From Eledone cirrhosa (lineage: Eukaryota), in the NCBI GenBank assembly GCA_964016885.1, contig OZ024745.1:10664001-10728000 (forward strand): a stretch of 64,000 bases of DNA. Direction: 5' to 3'. Position 1 is the stretch's first letter. Every line of letters starts with the position of its first letter. Position numbers and translations under genes: made by a program. The notes under the pieces are model-generated. The model saw only the letters and a program-made list of their open reading frames with translations, made no database searches and was not told the DNA's origin. Shown one piece after another: positions 52,491 through 64,000 of the stretch.

Positions 52491-55400
52491 GTTGAGTACC
52501 TGTTGTAGAGAATGACACAGTTTGAAAGAAAGGTAATAGTTGAGTATCTGTTGTAGAGAGCGACACAGTTTGAAAGGAAGTTAATAGTTGAGTATCTATT
52601 GTAGAGAGTTACACAGTTTGAAAGGAGGTTAATAGTTGAGTATATGTTGTAGAGAGTGACACAGTTTGAAAGGAAGGTAATAGTTGAGTATCTGTTGTAG
52701 AGAGTGATACAGTTTGAAATGAAGGTAATATTTGAGTATCTGTTGTAGAGAGTGACACAGTTTGAAAGGAAGGTAATACTTGAGTATCTATTGTAGAGAG
52801 TGATACAGTTTGAAAGGAAGTTAATAGTTGAGTATCTATTGTAGAGAGTTACACAGTTTGAAAGCAAGGTAATAGTTGAGTATCTGTTGTAGAGAGTGAA
52901 ACAGTTTGAAAGGAAGGTAATAGTTGAGTATCTATTGTAGAGAGTGATACAGTTTGAAAGGAAGATAATAGTTGAGTATCTGTTGTAGAGAGTGACACAG
53001 TTTCAAAGAAAGTTAATAGTTGAGTATCTGTTGTAGAGAGTGACAGTTTGAAAGGAAGTTAATAGTTGAGTATCTGTTGTAGAGTGTGACAATTTGAAAG
53101 GAAGTTAATAGTTGAGTATCTGTTGTAGAGAGTGACACAGTTTCAAAGAAAGTTAATAGTTGAGTATCTGTTGTAGAGAGTGACACAGTTTGAAAGGAAG
53201 TTAATAGTTGAGTATCTATTGTAGAGAGTGACACAGTTTGAAAGCAAGGTAATAGTTGAGTATCTGTTATAGAGAGTGACACAGTTTGAAAGGAGGTTAA
53301 TGGTTGAGTATCTGTTGTAGAGAGTGACACAGTTTGAAAGGAAGGTAATAATTGAGTATCTATTGTTGAGAGTGACACAGTTTGAAAGGAAGTTAATAGT
53401 TGAGTATCTATTGTAGAGAGTGACACAGTTTGAAAGCAAGGTAATAGTTGAGTATCTGTTATAGAGAGTGACACAGTTTGAAAGGAGGTTAATAGTTGAG
53501 TATCTGTTGTAGAGAGTGACACAGTTTCAAAGGGAGTTAATAGTTGAGTATCTGTTGTAGAGAGTGACAGTTTGAAAGGAAGTTAATAGTTGAGTATCTG
53601 TTGTAGAGTGTGACAGTTTGAAAGGAAGTTAATAGTTGAGTATCTGTTGTAGAGAGTGACACAGTTTGAAAGGAAGTTAATAGTTGAGTATCTATTGTAG
53701 AGAGTGGCACAGTTTGAAAGAAAGGTAATATTTGAGTATCTATTGTAGAGAGTGATACTGATTGAAAGGTGGTTAATAGTTGAGTATCTGTTGTAGAGAG
53801 TGACACGGTTTGAAAGGAAGGTATTAGTTGAGTATCTGTTGTAGAGAGTGATACAGTTTGAAAGGCGGGTAATAGTTGAGTATCTATTGTAGAGAGTGAT
53901 ACAGTTTGAAAGAAAGGTAATATTTGAGTATCTATTATACAGAGTGATACAGTTTGAAAGGAGTTTAATAGTTGAGTATCTGTTGTAGAGAGTGACACAG
54001 TTTGAAAGGAAGTTAATTGTTGAGTATCTATTGTAGAGAGTGACACAGTTTGAAAGAAGGGTAATAGTTGAGTATCTGTTGTAGAGAGTGAAACAGTTTG
54101 AAAGGAGGGTAATTGTTGAGTAGCTATTTTAGAGAGTGACACAGTTTGAAAGAAAGGTAATATTTGAGTATCTATTGTAGAGTGTGATACAGATTGAAAG
54201 GAGGTTAATAGTTGAGTATCTGTTGTAGAGAGTGACACAGTGTGAAAGGAGGTTAATAGTTGAATATCTGTTGTAGAGAGTGACACAGTTTGAAAGGAAG
54301 TTAATAGTTGAGTATCTGTTGTAGAGAGTGATACAGTTTGAAAGGAAGGTAATAGTTGAGTATCTGTTGTAAAGAGTGATACAGTTTGAAAGGAAGGTAA
54401 TAGTTGTGTATCTGTCGTAGAGAGTGACACTTTTTGAAAGGAAGTTAATAGTTGAGTATCTGTTGTAGAGAGTGACACAGTTTGAAAGGAAGTTAATAAT
54501 AAAGTATCTATTGTAGAGAGTGATACAGTTTGAAAGGAGGTTAATATTTGAGTATCTGTTGTAGAGAGTGACACAGTTTGAAAGGAAGGTATTAGTTGAG
54601 TATCTGTTGTAGAGAGTGACACAATTTGAAAGGAAGGTAATAGTTGAGTATATACTGTAGAGAGTGACACAGTTTGAAAGGAAGGTAATAGTTGAGTATC
54701 TGTTGTAGAGAGTGACACATTTTGAAAGGAAAGTAATAGTTGAGTATCTATTGTAGAGAGTGACACAGTTTGAAAGGTAGGTAATAATTGAGTATCTGTT
54801 GTAGAGAGTGATACATTTTGAAAGGAAGGTAATAGTTGAGTATCTATTGTAGAGAGTGATACAGTTTGAAAGGAAGTTAATAGTTGAGTATCTATTGTAG
54901 GGAGTGATACAGTTTGAAAGGAAGGTAATATTTAAGTATCTTTTGTAGAGAGTGACACAGTTTGAAAGGAAGGTAATAGTTGAGTATCTATTTTAGAGAG
55001 TGATACAGTTTGAAAGGAAGTTAATAGTTGAGTATCTATTGTAGAGAGTGACACAGTTTGAAAGCAAGGTAATAGTTGAGTATCTGTTGTAGAGAGTGAC
55101 GCAGTTTGAAAGGAAGGTAATAGTTGAGTATCTATTGTAGAGAGTGATACAGTTTGAAAGGAAGGTAATAGTTGAGTATCTGTTGTAGAGAGTGATACAG
55201 TTTGAAAGGAGGTTAATAGTTGAGTATCTGTTGTAGAGAGTGACACAGTTTCAAAGGAAGTTAATAGTTGAGTATCTGTTGTAGAAAGTGACAGTTTGAA
55301 AGGAAGTTAATAGTTGAGTATCTGTTGTAGAGAGTGACACAGTTTGAAAGGAAGTTAATAGTTGAGTATCTGTTGTAGAGAGTGACAGTTTGAAAGGAAG

Positions 55401-58400
55401 TTAATAGTTGAGTATCTGTTGTAGAGAGTGACACAGTTTGAAAGGAAGTTAATAATAGAGTATCTATTGTAGAGAGTGATACAGTTTGAAAGGAAGGTAA
55501 TAGTTGAGTATCTGTTGTAGAGAGTGACACATTTTGAAAGGAAGGTAATAGTTGAGTATATTCTGTAGAGAGTGACACAGTTTGAAAGGAAGGTAATAGT
55601 TGAGTATCAGTTGTAGAGAGTGACACATTTTGAAAGGAAGGTAATAGTTGAGTATCTGTTGTAGAGAGTGACACAGTTTGAAAGGAAGGTAATAATTGAG
55701 TATCTGTTGTAGAGAGTGACACAGTTTGAAAGGAAGGTAATATTTGAGTATCTTTTGTAGAGAGTTACACAGTTTGAAAGGAAGGTAATAGTTGAGTATC
55801 TATTTTAGAGAGTGATACAGTTTGAAAGGAAGTTAATAGTTGAGTATCTATTGTAGAGAGTGACACAGTTTGAAAGCAAGGTAATAGTTGAGTATCTGTT
55901 GTAGAGAGTGACGCAGTTTGAAAGGAAGGTAATAGTTGAGTTTCTATTGTAGAGAGTGATCCAGTTTGAAAGGAAGGTAATAGTTGAGTATCTGTTGTAG
56001 AGAGTGACACAGTTTGAAAGGAAGGTAATAGTTGAGTTTCTATTGTAGAGAGTGATCCAGTTTGAAAGGAAGGTAATAGTTGAGTATCTGTTGTAGAGAG
56101 TGACACAGTTTGAAAGGAGGTTAATAGTTGAGTATCTGTTGTAGAGAGTGATACAGTTTGAAAGGAAGTTAATAGTTGAGTATCTGTTGTAGAGTGTGAC
56201 AATTTGAAAGGAAGTTAATAGTTGAGTATCTGTTGTAGAGAGTGACACAGTTTCAAAGAAAGTTAATAGTTGAGTATCTGTTGTAGAGAGTGACACAGTT
56301 TGAAAGGAAGTTAATAGTTGAGTATCTATTGTAGAGAGTGACACAGTTTGAAAGCAAGGTAATAGTTTAGTATCTGTTATAGAGAGTGACACAGTTTGAA
56401 AGAAGGGTAATAGTTGAGTATCTGTTGTAGAGAGTGACACAGTTTGAAAGGAGGGTAATTGTTGAGTAGTTATTGTAGAGAGTGACACAGTTTGAAAGAA
56501 AGGTAATATTTGAGTATCTATTGTAGAGAGTTACACAGTTTGAAAGGAGGTTAATAGTTGAGTATCTGTTGTAGAGAGTAAAACAGTTTGAAAGGAAGGT
56601 AATAGTTGAGTATCTGTTGTAGAGAGTGATACAGTTTGAAAAGAAGGTAATAGTTGAGTATCTGTTGTAGAGAGTGTCACAGTTTGAAAGGAAGGTAATA
56701 GTTGAGTATCTGTTGTAGAGAGTGACACAATTTGAAAGGAAGGTAATAGTTGAGTATCTGTCGTAGCGAGTGTCACAGTTTGAAAGGAGGTTAATAGTTG
56801 AGTATCTGTTGTAGAGAGTTACACAGTTTGAAAGGATGTTAATAGTTTAGTATCTGTTGTAGAGAGTGACACAGTTTGAAAGGAAGTTAATAGTTGAGTA
56901 TCTGTTGTAGAGAGTGACACAGTTTCAAAGGGATTTAATAGTTGAGTATCTGTTGTAGAGAGTGACAGTTTGAAAGGAAGTTAATAGTTGAGTATCTGTT
57001 GTAGAGTGTGACAGTTTGAAAGGAAGTTAATAGTTGAGTATCTGTTGTAGAGAGTGACACAGTTTGAAAGGAAGTTAATAGTTGAGTATCTATTGTAGAG
57101 AGTGGCACAGTTTGAAAGAAAGGTAATATTTGAGTATCTATTGTAGAGAGTGATACTGATTGAAAGGTGGTTAATAGTTGAGTATCTGTTGTAGAGAGTG
57201 ACACGGTTTGAAAGGAAGGTATTAGTTGAGTATCTGTTGTAGAGAGTGATACAGTTTGAAAGGCGGGTAATAGTTGAGTATCTATTGTAGAGAGTGATAC
57301 AGTTTGAAAGAAAGGTAATATTTGAGTATCTATTATACAGAGTGATACAGTTTGAAAGGAGTTTAATAGTTGAGTATCTGTTGTAGAGAGTGACACAGTT
57401 TGAAAGGAAGTTAATTGTTGAGTATCTATTGTAGAGAGTGACACAGTTTGAAAGAAGGGTAATAGTTGAGTATCTGTTGTAGAGAGTGAAACAGTTTGAA
57501 AGGAGGGTAATTGTTGAGTAGCTATTTTAGAGAGTGACACAGTTTGAAAGAAAGGTAATATTCGAGTATCTATTGTAGAGTGTGATACAGATTGAAAGGA
57601 GGTTAATAGTTGAGTATCTGTTGTAGAGAGTGACACAGTGTGAAAGGAGGTTAATAGTTGAATATCTGTTGTAGAGAGTGACACAGTTTGAAAGGAAGTT
57701 AATAGTTGATTATCTGTTGTAGAGAGTGATACAGTTTGAAAGGAAGGTAATAGTTGAGTATCTGTTGTAAAGAGTGATACAGTTTGAAAGGAAGGTAATA
57801 GTTGTGTATCTGTCGTAGAGAGTGACACTTTTTGAAAGGAAGGTAATAGTTGAGTATCTGTTGTAGAGAGTGACACAGTTTGAAAGGAAGGTAATAGTTG
57901 AGTATCTGTTGTAGAGAGTGACACAGTTTGAAAGGAAGTTAATAGTTGAGTATCTGTTGTAGAGAGTGATACAGTTTGAAAGGAAGTTAATAGTTGAGTA
58001 TCTGTTGTAGAGAGTGACACAGTTTGAAAGGTAGTTAATAATTGAGTATCTATTGTAGAGAGTGATACAGTTTGAAAGGAAGGTAATAGTTGAGTATCTG
58101 TTGTAGAGAGGGATACAGTTTGAAAGGTAATATTTGAGTATCTATTGTAGAGAGTGATACAGTTTGAAAGGATGTTAATAGTTTAGTATCTGTTGTAGAG
58201 AGTGACACAGTCTGAAAGGAAGGTAATAGTTGAGTATCTGTTGTAGAGAGTAACACAGTTTGAAAGGAAGTTAATAGTTAAGTATCTATTGTAGAGAGTG
58301 ACACAGTTTGAAAGGAAGTTAATAGTTGAGTATCTGTTGTAGAGAGTGACAGTTTGAAAGGAAGTTAATAGTTGAGTATCTGTTGTAGAGAGTGATACAG

Positions 58401-61400
58401 TTTGAAAGGAAGGTAATAGTTGAGTATCTGTTGTAGAGAGTGACACAGTTTGAAAGGAAGTTAATAGTTGAGTATCTGTTGTAGAGAGTGATACAGTTTG
58501 AAAGGAAGGTAATAGTTGAGTATCTGTTGTAGAGAGTGACACAGTTTGAAAGGAAGTTAATAGTTGAGTATCTGTTGTAGAGAGTGACAGTTTGAAAGGA
58601 AGTTAATAGTTGAGTATCTGTTGTAGAGAGTGACACAGTTTGAAAGGAAGTTAATAATAAAGTATCTATTGTAGAGAGTGCTACAGTTTGAAAGGAAGGT
58701 AATAGTTGAGTATCTGTTGTAGAGAGTGATACAGTTTGAAAGGAGGTTAATATTTGAGTATCTGTTGTAGAGACTGACACAGTTTGAAAGGAAGGTATTA
58801 GTTGAGTATCTGTGTAGAGAGTGACAGTTTGAAAGGAGGTTAATAGTTGAGTATCTGTTGTAGAGAGTGACACAATTTGAAAGGAAGGTAATAGTTGAGT
58901 ATATACTGTAGAGAGTGACACAGTTTGAAAGGAAGGTAATAGTTGAGTATCTGTTGTAGAGAGTGACACATTTTGAAAGGAAAGTAATAGTTGAGTATCT
59001 ATTGTAGAGAGTGACACAGTTTGAAAGGTAGGTAATAATTGAGTATCTGTTGTAGAGAGTGATACATTTTGAAAGGAAGGTAATAGTTGAGTATCTATTG
59101 TAGAGAGTGATACAGTTTGAAAGGAAGGTAATATTTAAGTATCTTTTGTAGAGAGTGACACAGTTTGAAAGGAAGGTAATAGTTGAGTATCTATTTTAGA
59201 GAGTGATACAGTTTGAAAGGAAGTTAATAGTTGAGTATCTATTGTAGAGAGTGACACAGTTTGAAAGCAAGGTAATAGTTGAGTATCTGTTGTAGAGAGT
59301 GACGCAGTTTGAAAGGAAGGTAATAGTTGAGTATCTATTGTAGAGAGTGACACAATTTGAAAGGAAGGTAATAGTTGAGTATCTGTCGTAGCGAGTGTCA
59401 CAGTTTGAAAGGAAGTTAATTGTTGAGTATCTGTTGTAGAGAGTGATACAGTTTGAAAGGAAGGTAATAGATGTGTATCTGTTGTAGAGAGTGACACAGT
59501 TCTAAAAGAGATTAATAGTTGAGTACCTGTTGTAGAGAATGACACAGTTTGAAAGAAAGGTAATAGTTGAGTATCTGTTGTAGAGAGCGACACAGTTTGA
59601 AAGGAAGTTAATAGTTGAGTATCTATTGTAGAGAGTTACACAGTTTGAAAGGAGGTTAATAGTTGAGTATATGTTGTAGAGAGTGACACAGTTTGAAAGG
59701 AAGGTAATAGTTGAGTATCTGTTGTAGAGAGTGATACAGTTTGAAATGAAGGTAATATTTGAGTATCTGTTGTAGAGAGTGACACAGTTTGAAAGGAAGG
59801 TAATACTTGAGTATCTATTGTAGAGAGTGATACAGTTTGAAAGGAAGTTAATAGTTGAGTATCTATTGTAGAGAGTTACACAGTTTGAAAGCAAGGTAAT
59901 AGTTGAGTATCTGTTGTAGAGAGTGAAACAGTTTGAAAGGAAGGTAATAGTTGAGTATCTATTGTAGAGAGTGATACAGTTTGAAAGGAAGATAATAGTT
60001 GAGTATCTGTTGTAGAGAGTGACACAGTTTCAAAGAAAGTTAATAGTTGAGTATCTGTTGTAGAGAGTGACAGTTTGAAAGGAAGTTAATAGTTGAGTAT
60101 CTGTTGTAGAGTGTGACAATTTGAAAGGAAGTTAATAGTTGAGTATCTGTTGTAGAGAGTGACACAGTTTCAAAGAAAGTTAATAGTTGAGTATCTGTTG
60201 TAGAGAGTGACACAGTTTGAAAGGAAGTTAATAGTTGAGTATCTATTGTAGAGAGTGACACAGTTTGAAAGCAAGGTAATAGTTGAGTATCTGTTATAGA
60301 GAGTGACACAGTTTGAAAGGAGGTTAATAGTTGAGTATCTGTTGTAGAGAGTGACACAGTTTGAAAGGAAGGTAATAATTGAGTATCTATTGTTGAGAGT
60401 GACACAGTTTGAAAGGAAGTTAATAGTTGAGTATCTATTGTAGAGAGTGACACAGTTTGAAAGCAAGGTAATAGTTGAGTATCTGTTATAGAGAGTGACA
60501 CAGTTTGAAAGGAGGTTAATAGTTGAGTATCTGTTGTAGAGAGTGACACAGTTTCAAAGGGAGTTAATAGTTGAGTATCTGTTGTAGAGAGTGACAGTTT
60601 GAAAGGAAGTTAATAGTTGAGTATCTGTTGTAGAGTGTGACAGTTTGAAAGGAAGTTAATAGTTGAGTATCTGTTGTAGAGAGTGACACAGTTTGAAAGG
60701 AAGTTAATAGTTGAGTATCTATTGTAGAGAGTGGCACAGTTTGAAAGAAATGTAATATTTGAGTATCTATTGTAGAGAGTGATACTGATTGAAAGGTGGT
60801 TAATAGTTGAGTATCTGTTGTAGAGAGTGACACGGTTTGAAAGGAAGGTATTAGTTGAGTATCTGTTGTAGAGAGTGATACAGTTTGAAAGGCGGGTAAT
60901 AGTTGAGTATCTATTGTAGAGAGTGATACAGTTTGAAAGAAAGGGAATATTTGAGTATCTATTATACAGAGTGATACAGTTTGAAAGGAGTTTAATAGTT
61001 GAGTATCTGTTGTAGAGAGTGACACAGTTTGAAAGGAAGTTAATTGTTGAGTATCTATTGTAGAGAGTGACACAGTTTGAAAGAAGGGTAATAGTTGAGT
61101 ATCTGTTGTAGAGAGTGAAACAGTTTGAAAGGAGGGTAATTGTTGAGTAGCTATTTTAGAGAGTGACACAGTTTGAAAGAAAGATAATATTTGAGTATCT
61201 ATTGTAGAGTGTGATACAGATTGAAAGGAGGTTAATAGTTGAGTATCTGTTGTAGAGAGTGACACAGTGTGAAAGGAGGTTAATAGTTGAATATCTGTTG
61301 TAGAGAGTGACACAGTTTGAAAGGAAGTTAATAGTTGAGTATCTGTTGTAGAGAGTGATACAGTTTGAAAGGAAGGTAATAGTTGAGTATCTGTTGTAAA

Positions 61401-64000
61401 GAGTGATACAGTTTGAAAGGAAGGTAATAGTTGTGTATCTGTCGTAGAGAGTGACACTTTTTGAAAGGAAGGTAATAGTTGAGTATCTGTTGTAGAGAGT
61501 GACACAGTTTGAAAGGAAGGTAATAGTTGAGTATCTGTTGTAGAGAGTGACACAGTTTGAAAGGAAGTTAATAGTTGAGTATCTGTTGTAGAGACTGACA
61601 GTTTGAAAGGAAGTTAATAGTTGAGTATCTGTTGTAGAGAGTGACACAGTTTGAAAGGTAGTTAATAATTGAGTATCTATTGTAGAGAGTGATACAGTTT
61701 GAAAGGAAGGTAATAGTTGAGTATCTGTTGTAGAGAGGGATACAGTTTGAAAGGTAATATTTGAGTATCTATTGTAGAGAGTGATACAGTTTGAAAGGAT
61801 GTTAATAGTTTAGTATCTGTTGTAGAGAGTGACACAGTCTGAAAGGAAGGTAATAGTTGAGTATCTGTTGTAGAGAGTAACACAGTTTGAAAGGAAGGTA
61901 ATAGTTGAGTATCTGTTGTAGAGAGTGACACAATTTGAAAGGAAGTTAATAGTTAAGTATCTATTGTAGAGAGTGACACAGTTTGAAAGGAAGTTAATTG
62001 TTGAGTATCTGTTGTAGAGAGTGATACAGTTTGAAAGGAAGTTAATAGTTGAGTATCTGTTGTAGAGAGTGACACAGTTTGAAAGGAAGTTAATAGTTGA
62101 GTATCTGTTGTAGAGAGTGACAGTTTGAAAGGAAGTTAATAGTTGAGTATCTGTTGTAGAGAGTGACACAGTTTGAAAGGAAGTTAATAATAAAGTATCT
62201 ATTGTAGAGAGTGATACAGTTTGAAAGGAAGGTAATAGTTGAGTATCTGTTGTAGAGAGTGATACAGTTCGAAAGGAGGTTAATATTTGAGTATCTGTTG
62301 TAGAGAGTGACACAGTTTGAAAGGAAGGTATTAGTTGAGTATCTGTTGTAGAGAGTGACAGTTTGAAAGGAGGTTAATAGTTGAGTATCTGTTGTAGAGA
62401 GTGATACATTTTGAAAGGAATGTATTAGTTGAGTATCTGTTGTAGAGAGTGACACAATTTGAAAGGAAGGTAATAGTTGAGTATATACTGTAGAGAGTGA
62501 CACAGTTTGAAAGGAAGGTAATAGTTGAGTATCTGTTGTAGAGAGTGACACATTTTGAAAGGAAAGTAATAGTTGAGTATCTATTGTAGAGAGTGACACA
62601 GTTTGAAAGGTAGGTAATAATTGAGTATCTGTTGTAGAGAGTGATACATTTTGAAAGGAAGGTAATAGTTGAGTATCTATTGTAGAGAGTGATACAGTTT
62701 GAAAGGAAGTTAATAGTTGAGTATCTATTGTAGGGAGTGATACAGTTTGAAAGGAAGGTAATATTTAAGTATCTTTTGTAGAGAGTGACACAGTTTGAAA
62801 GGAAGGTAATAGTTGAGTATCTATTTTAGAGAGTGATACAGTTTGAAAGGAAGTTAATAGTTGAGTATCTATTGTAGAGAGTGACACAGTTTGAAAGCAA
62901 GGTAATAGTTGAGTATCTGTTGTAGAGAGTGACGCAGTTTGAAAGGAAGGTAATAGTTGAGTATCTATTGTAGAGAGTGATACAGTTTGAAAGGAAGGTA
63001 ATAGTTGAGTATCTGTTGTAGAGAGTGATACAGTTTGAAAGGAGGTTAATAGTTGAGTATCTGTTGTAGAGAGTGACACAGTTTCAAAGGAAGTTAATAG
63101 TTGAGTATCTGTTGTAGAAAGTGACAGTTTGAAAGGAAGTTAATAGTTGAGTATCTGTTGTAGAGAGTGACACAGTTTGAAAGGAAGTTAATAGTTGGGT
63201 ATCTATTGTAGAAAGTGACACAGTTTGAAAGAAAGGTAATATTTGAGTATCTATTGTAGAGAGTGACACAGTTTGAAAGGAAGTTAATAGTTGAGTATCT
63301 GTTGTAGAGAGTGACAGTTTGAAAGGAAGTTAATAGTTGAGTATCTGTTGTAGAGAGTGACACAGTTTGAAAGGAAGTTAATAATAGAGTATCTATTGTA
63401 GAGAGTGATACAGTTTGAAAGGAAGGTAATAGTTGAGTATCTGTTGTAGAGAGTGACACAATTTGAAAGGAAGTTAATAGTTAAGTATCTATTGTAGAGA
63501 GTGACACAGTTTGAAAGGAAGTTAATTGTTGAGTATCTGTTGTAGAGAGTGATACAGTTTGAAAGGAAGGTAATAGTTGAGTATCTGTTGTAGAGAGTGA
63601 CACAGTTTGAAAGGAAGTTAATAGTTGAGTATCTGTTGTAGAGAGTGACAGTTTGAAAGGAAGTTAATAGTTGAGTATCTGTTGTAGAGAGTGACACAGT
63701 TTGAAAGGAAGTTAATAATAAAGTATCTATTGTAGAGAGTGATACAGTTTGAAAGGAAGGTAATAGTTGAGTATCTGTTGTAGAGAGTGATACAGTTTGA
63801 AAGGAGGTTAATATTTGAGTATCTGTTGTAGAGAGTGACACAGTTTGAAAGGAAGGTATTAGTTGAGTATCTGTGTAGAGAGTGACAGTTTGAAAGGAGG
63901 TTAATAGTTGAGTATCTGTTGTAGAGAGTGATACATTTTGAAAGGAATGTATTAGTTGAGTATCTGTTGTAGAGAGTGACACAATTTGAAAGGAAGGTAA
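52310..64000 (+). repeat. Diverged mosaic domain of shuffled 0.5-2 kb monomer blocks
   Basis: About 52310-54440 matches 59337-61467 (7027). Other anchors: 53537/56935 (3398), 56935/60564 (3629), 58050/61677 (3627), 54932/62765 (7833). The block at 56531 matches 44455/50369. Confidence 0.85.

Larger units (their letters stand above)
1..64000 (+). repeat. 48-bp satellite DNA tandem array, single orientation, extending beyond both window ends
   Basis: Monomer GTTGTAGAGAGTGA(C/T)ACAGTTTGAAAGGA(A/G)G(T/G/A)TAATAGTTGAGTATCT is read continuously from base 1 to 64000. Period is 48 bp with a minority of 44, 46, 47 and 49-bp indel variants. No non-repeat sequence was seen. Confidence 0.99.

Noticed and set aside
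4411-63982. All ORFs in the track as protein-coding genes (mucin-like S/T repeat, or YNRYSTINFLSNCVTL repeat)
   Set aside because: They are translations of a 3n-length repeat that is stop-free in two overlapping frames. Starts are GTG/TTG, there are no unique domains, and ends are set by recurrent point variants and 2-bp deletions.
1-64000. CRISPR array: GTT start, (A/T)TTGAAAG motif and CTGTTGTAGA resemble CRISPR repeat ends, including the Cas12a-type TCTACTGTTGTAGAT
   Set aside because: There are no unique spacers, since all 48 positions are conserved between units. There is no leader or cas gene, and the full TCTAC/GTAGA stem is absent. Short motif similarity is expected by chance.
1-64000. 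Promoter -10 or TATA-like motifs (TAATAG, GATAAT), Shine-Dalgarno-like AAGGAGG, or plasmid iterons
   Set aside because: These occur in hundreds of monomers with no downstream gene or rep gene, so they are by-products of the repeat sequence.
1-64000. Transposon, LTR, Helitron, tRNA or rRNA content, inversions, canonical telomere repeat
   Set aside because: No terminal repeats, target-site duplications, unique inserts, reverse-orientation monomers, RNA-gene folds or TTAGGG-type units were seen.
1-64000. Rolling-circle or MDA concatemer, or synthetic artefact, as the origin of the array
   Set aside because: Variants are hierarchically inherited across nested duplications of different ages, which in vitro concatemerisation of one template would not produce. 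Local mis-assembly remains possible.

Overview
The whole 64 kb window is one uninterrupted, head-to-tail tandem array of a 48-bp monomer (consensus GTTGTAGAGAGTGACACAGTTTGAAAGGAAGTTAATAGTTGAGTATCT; roughly 1,330-1,340 copies; consensus about 35% GC with 14 G and 3 C on the + strand). It runs off both window ends. I found no unique sequence, inversions, transposon insertions, RNA genes, CRISPR spacers or credible protein-coding genes. The ORF track is explained by a 48-bp (16-codon) unit that is stop-free in two minus-strand frames. The informative structure lies in the order of variant monomers, which reveals nested higher-order repeats (HORs) of 144, 192, 336, 1857, 2112, 5233, 5914 and about 23,124 bp, plus a shuffled mosaic (offsets 3398, 3627-3629, 7027, 7833) at the right end. 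Length-conserved 48-bp domains alternate with domains rich in 46-bp monomers, and a highly homogeneous core sits near 21.9-23.6 kb. The best reading is a eukaryotic-type satellite DNA array (centromeric, pericentromeric or subtelomeric). Organism and function cannot be determined from this window, and I do not see support for a novel gene-based system. All boundaries were placed by eye and are approximate to about one monomer.
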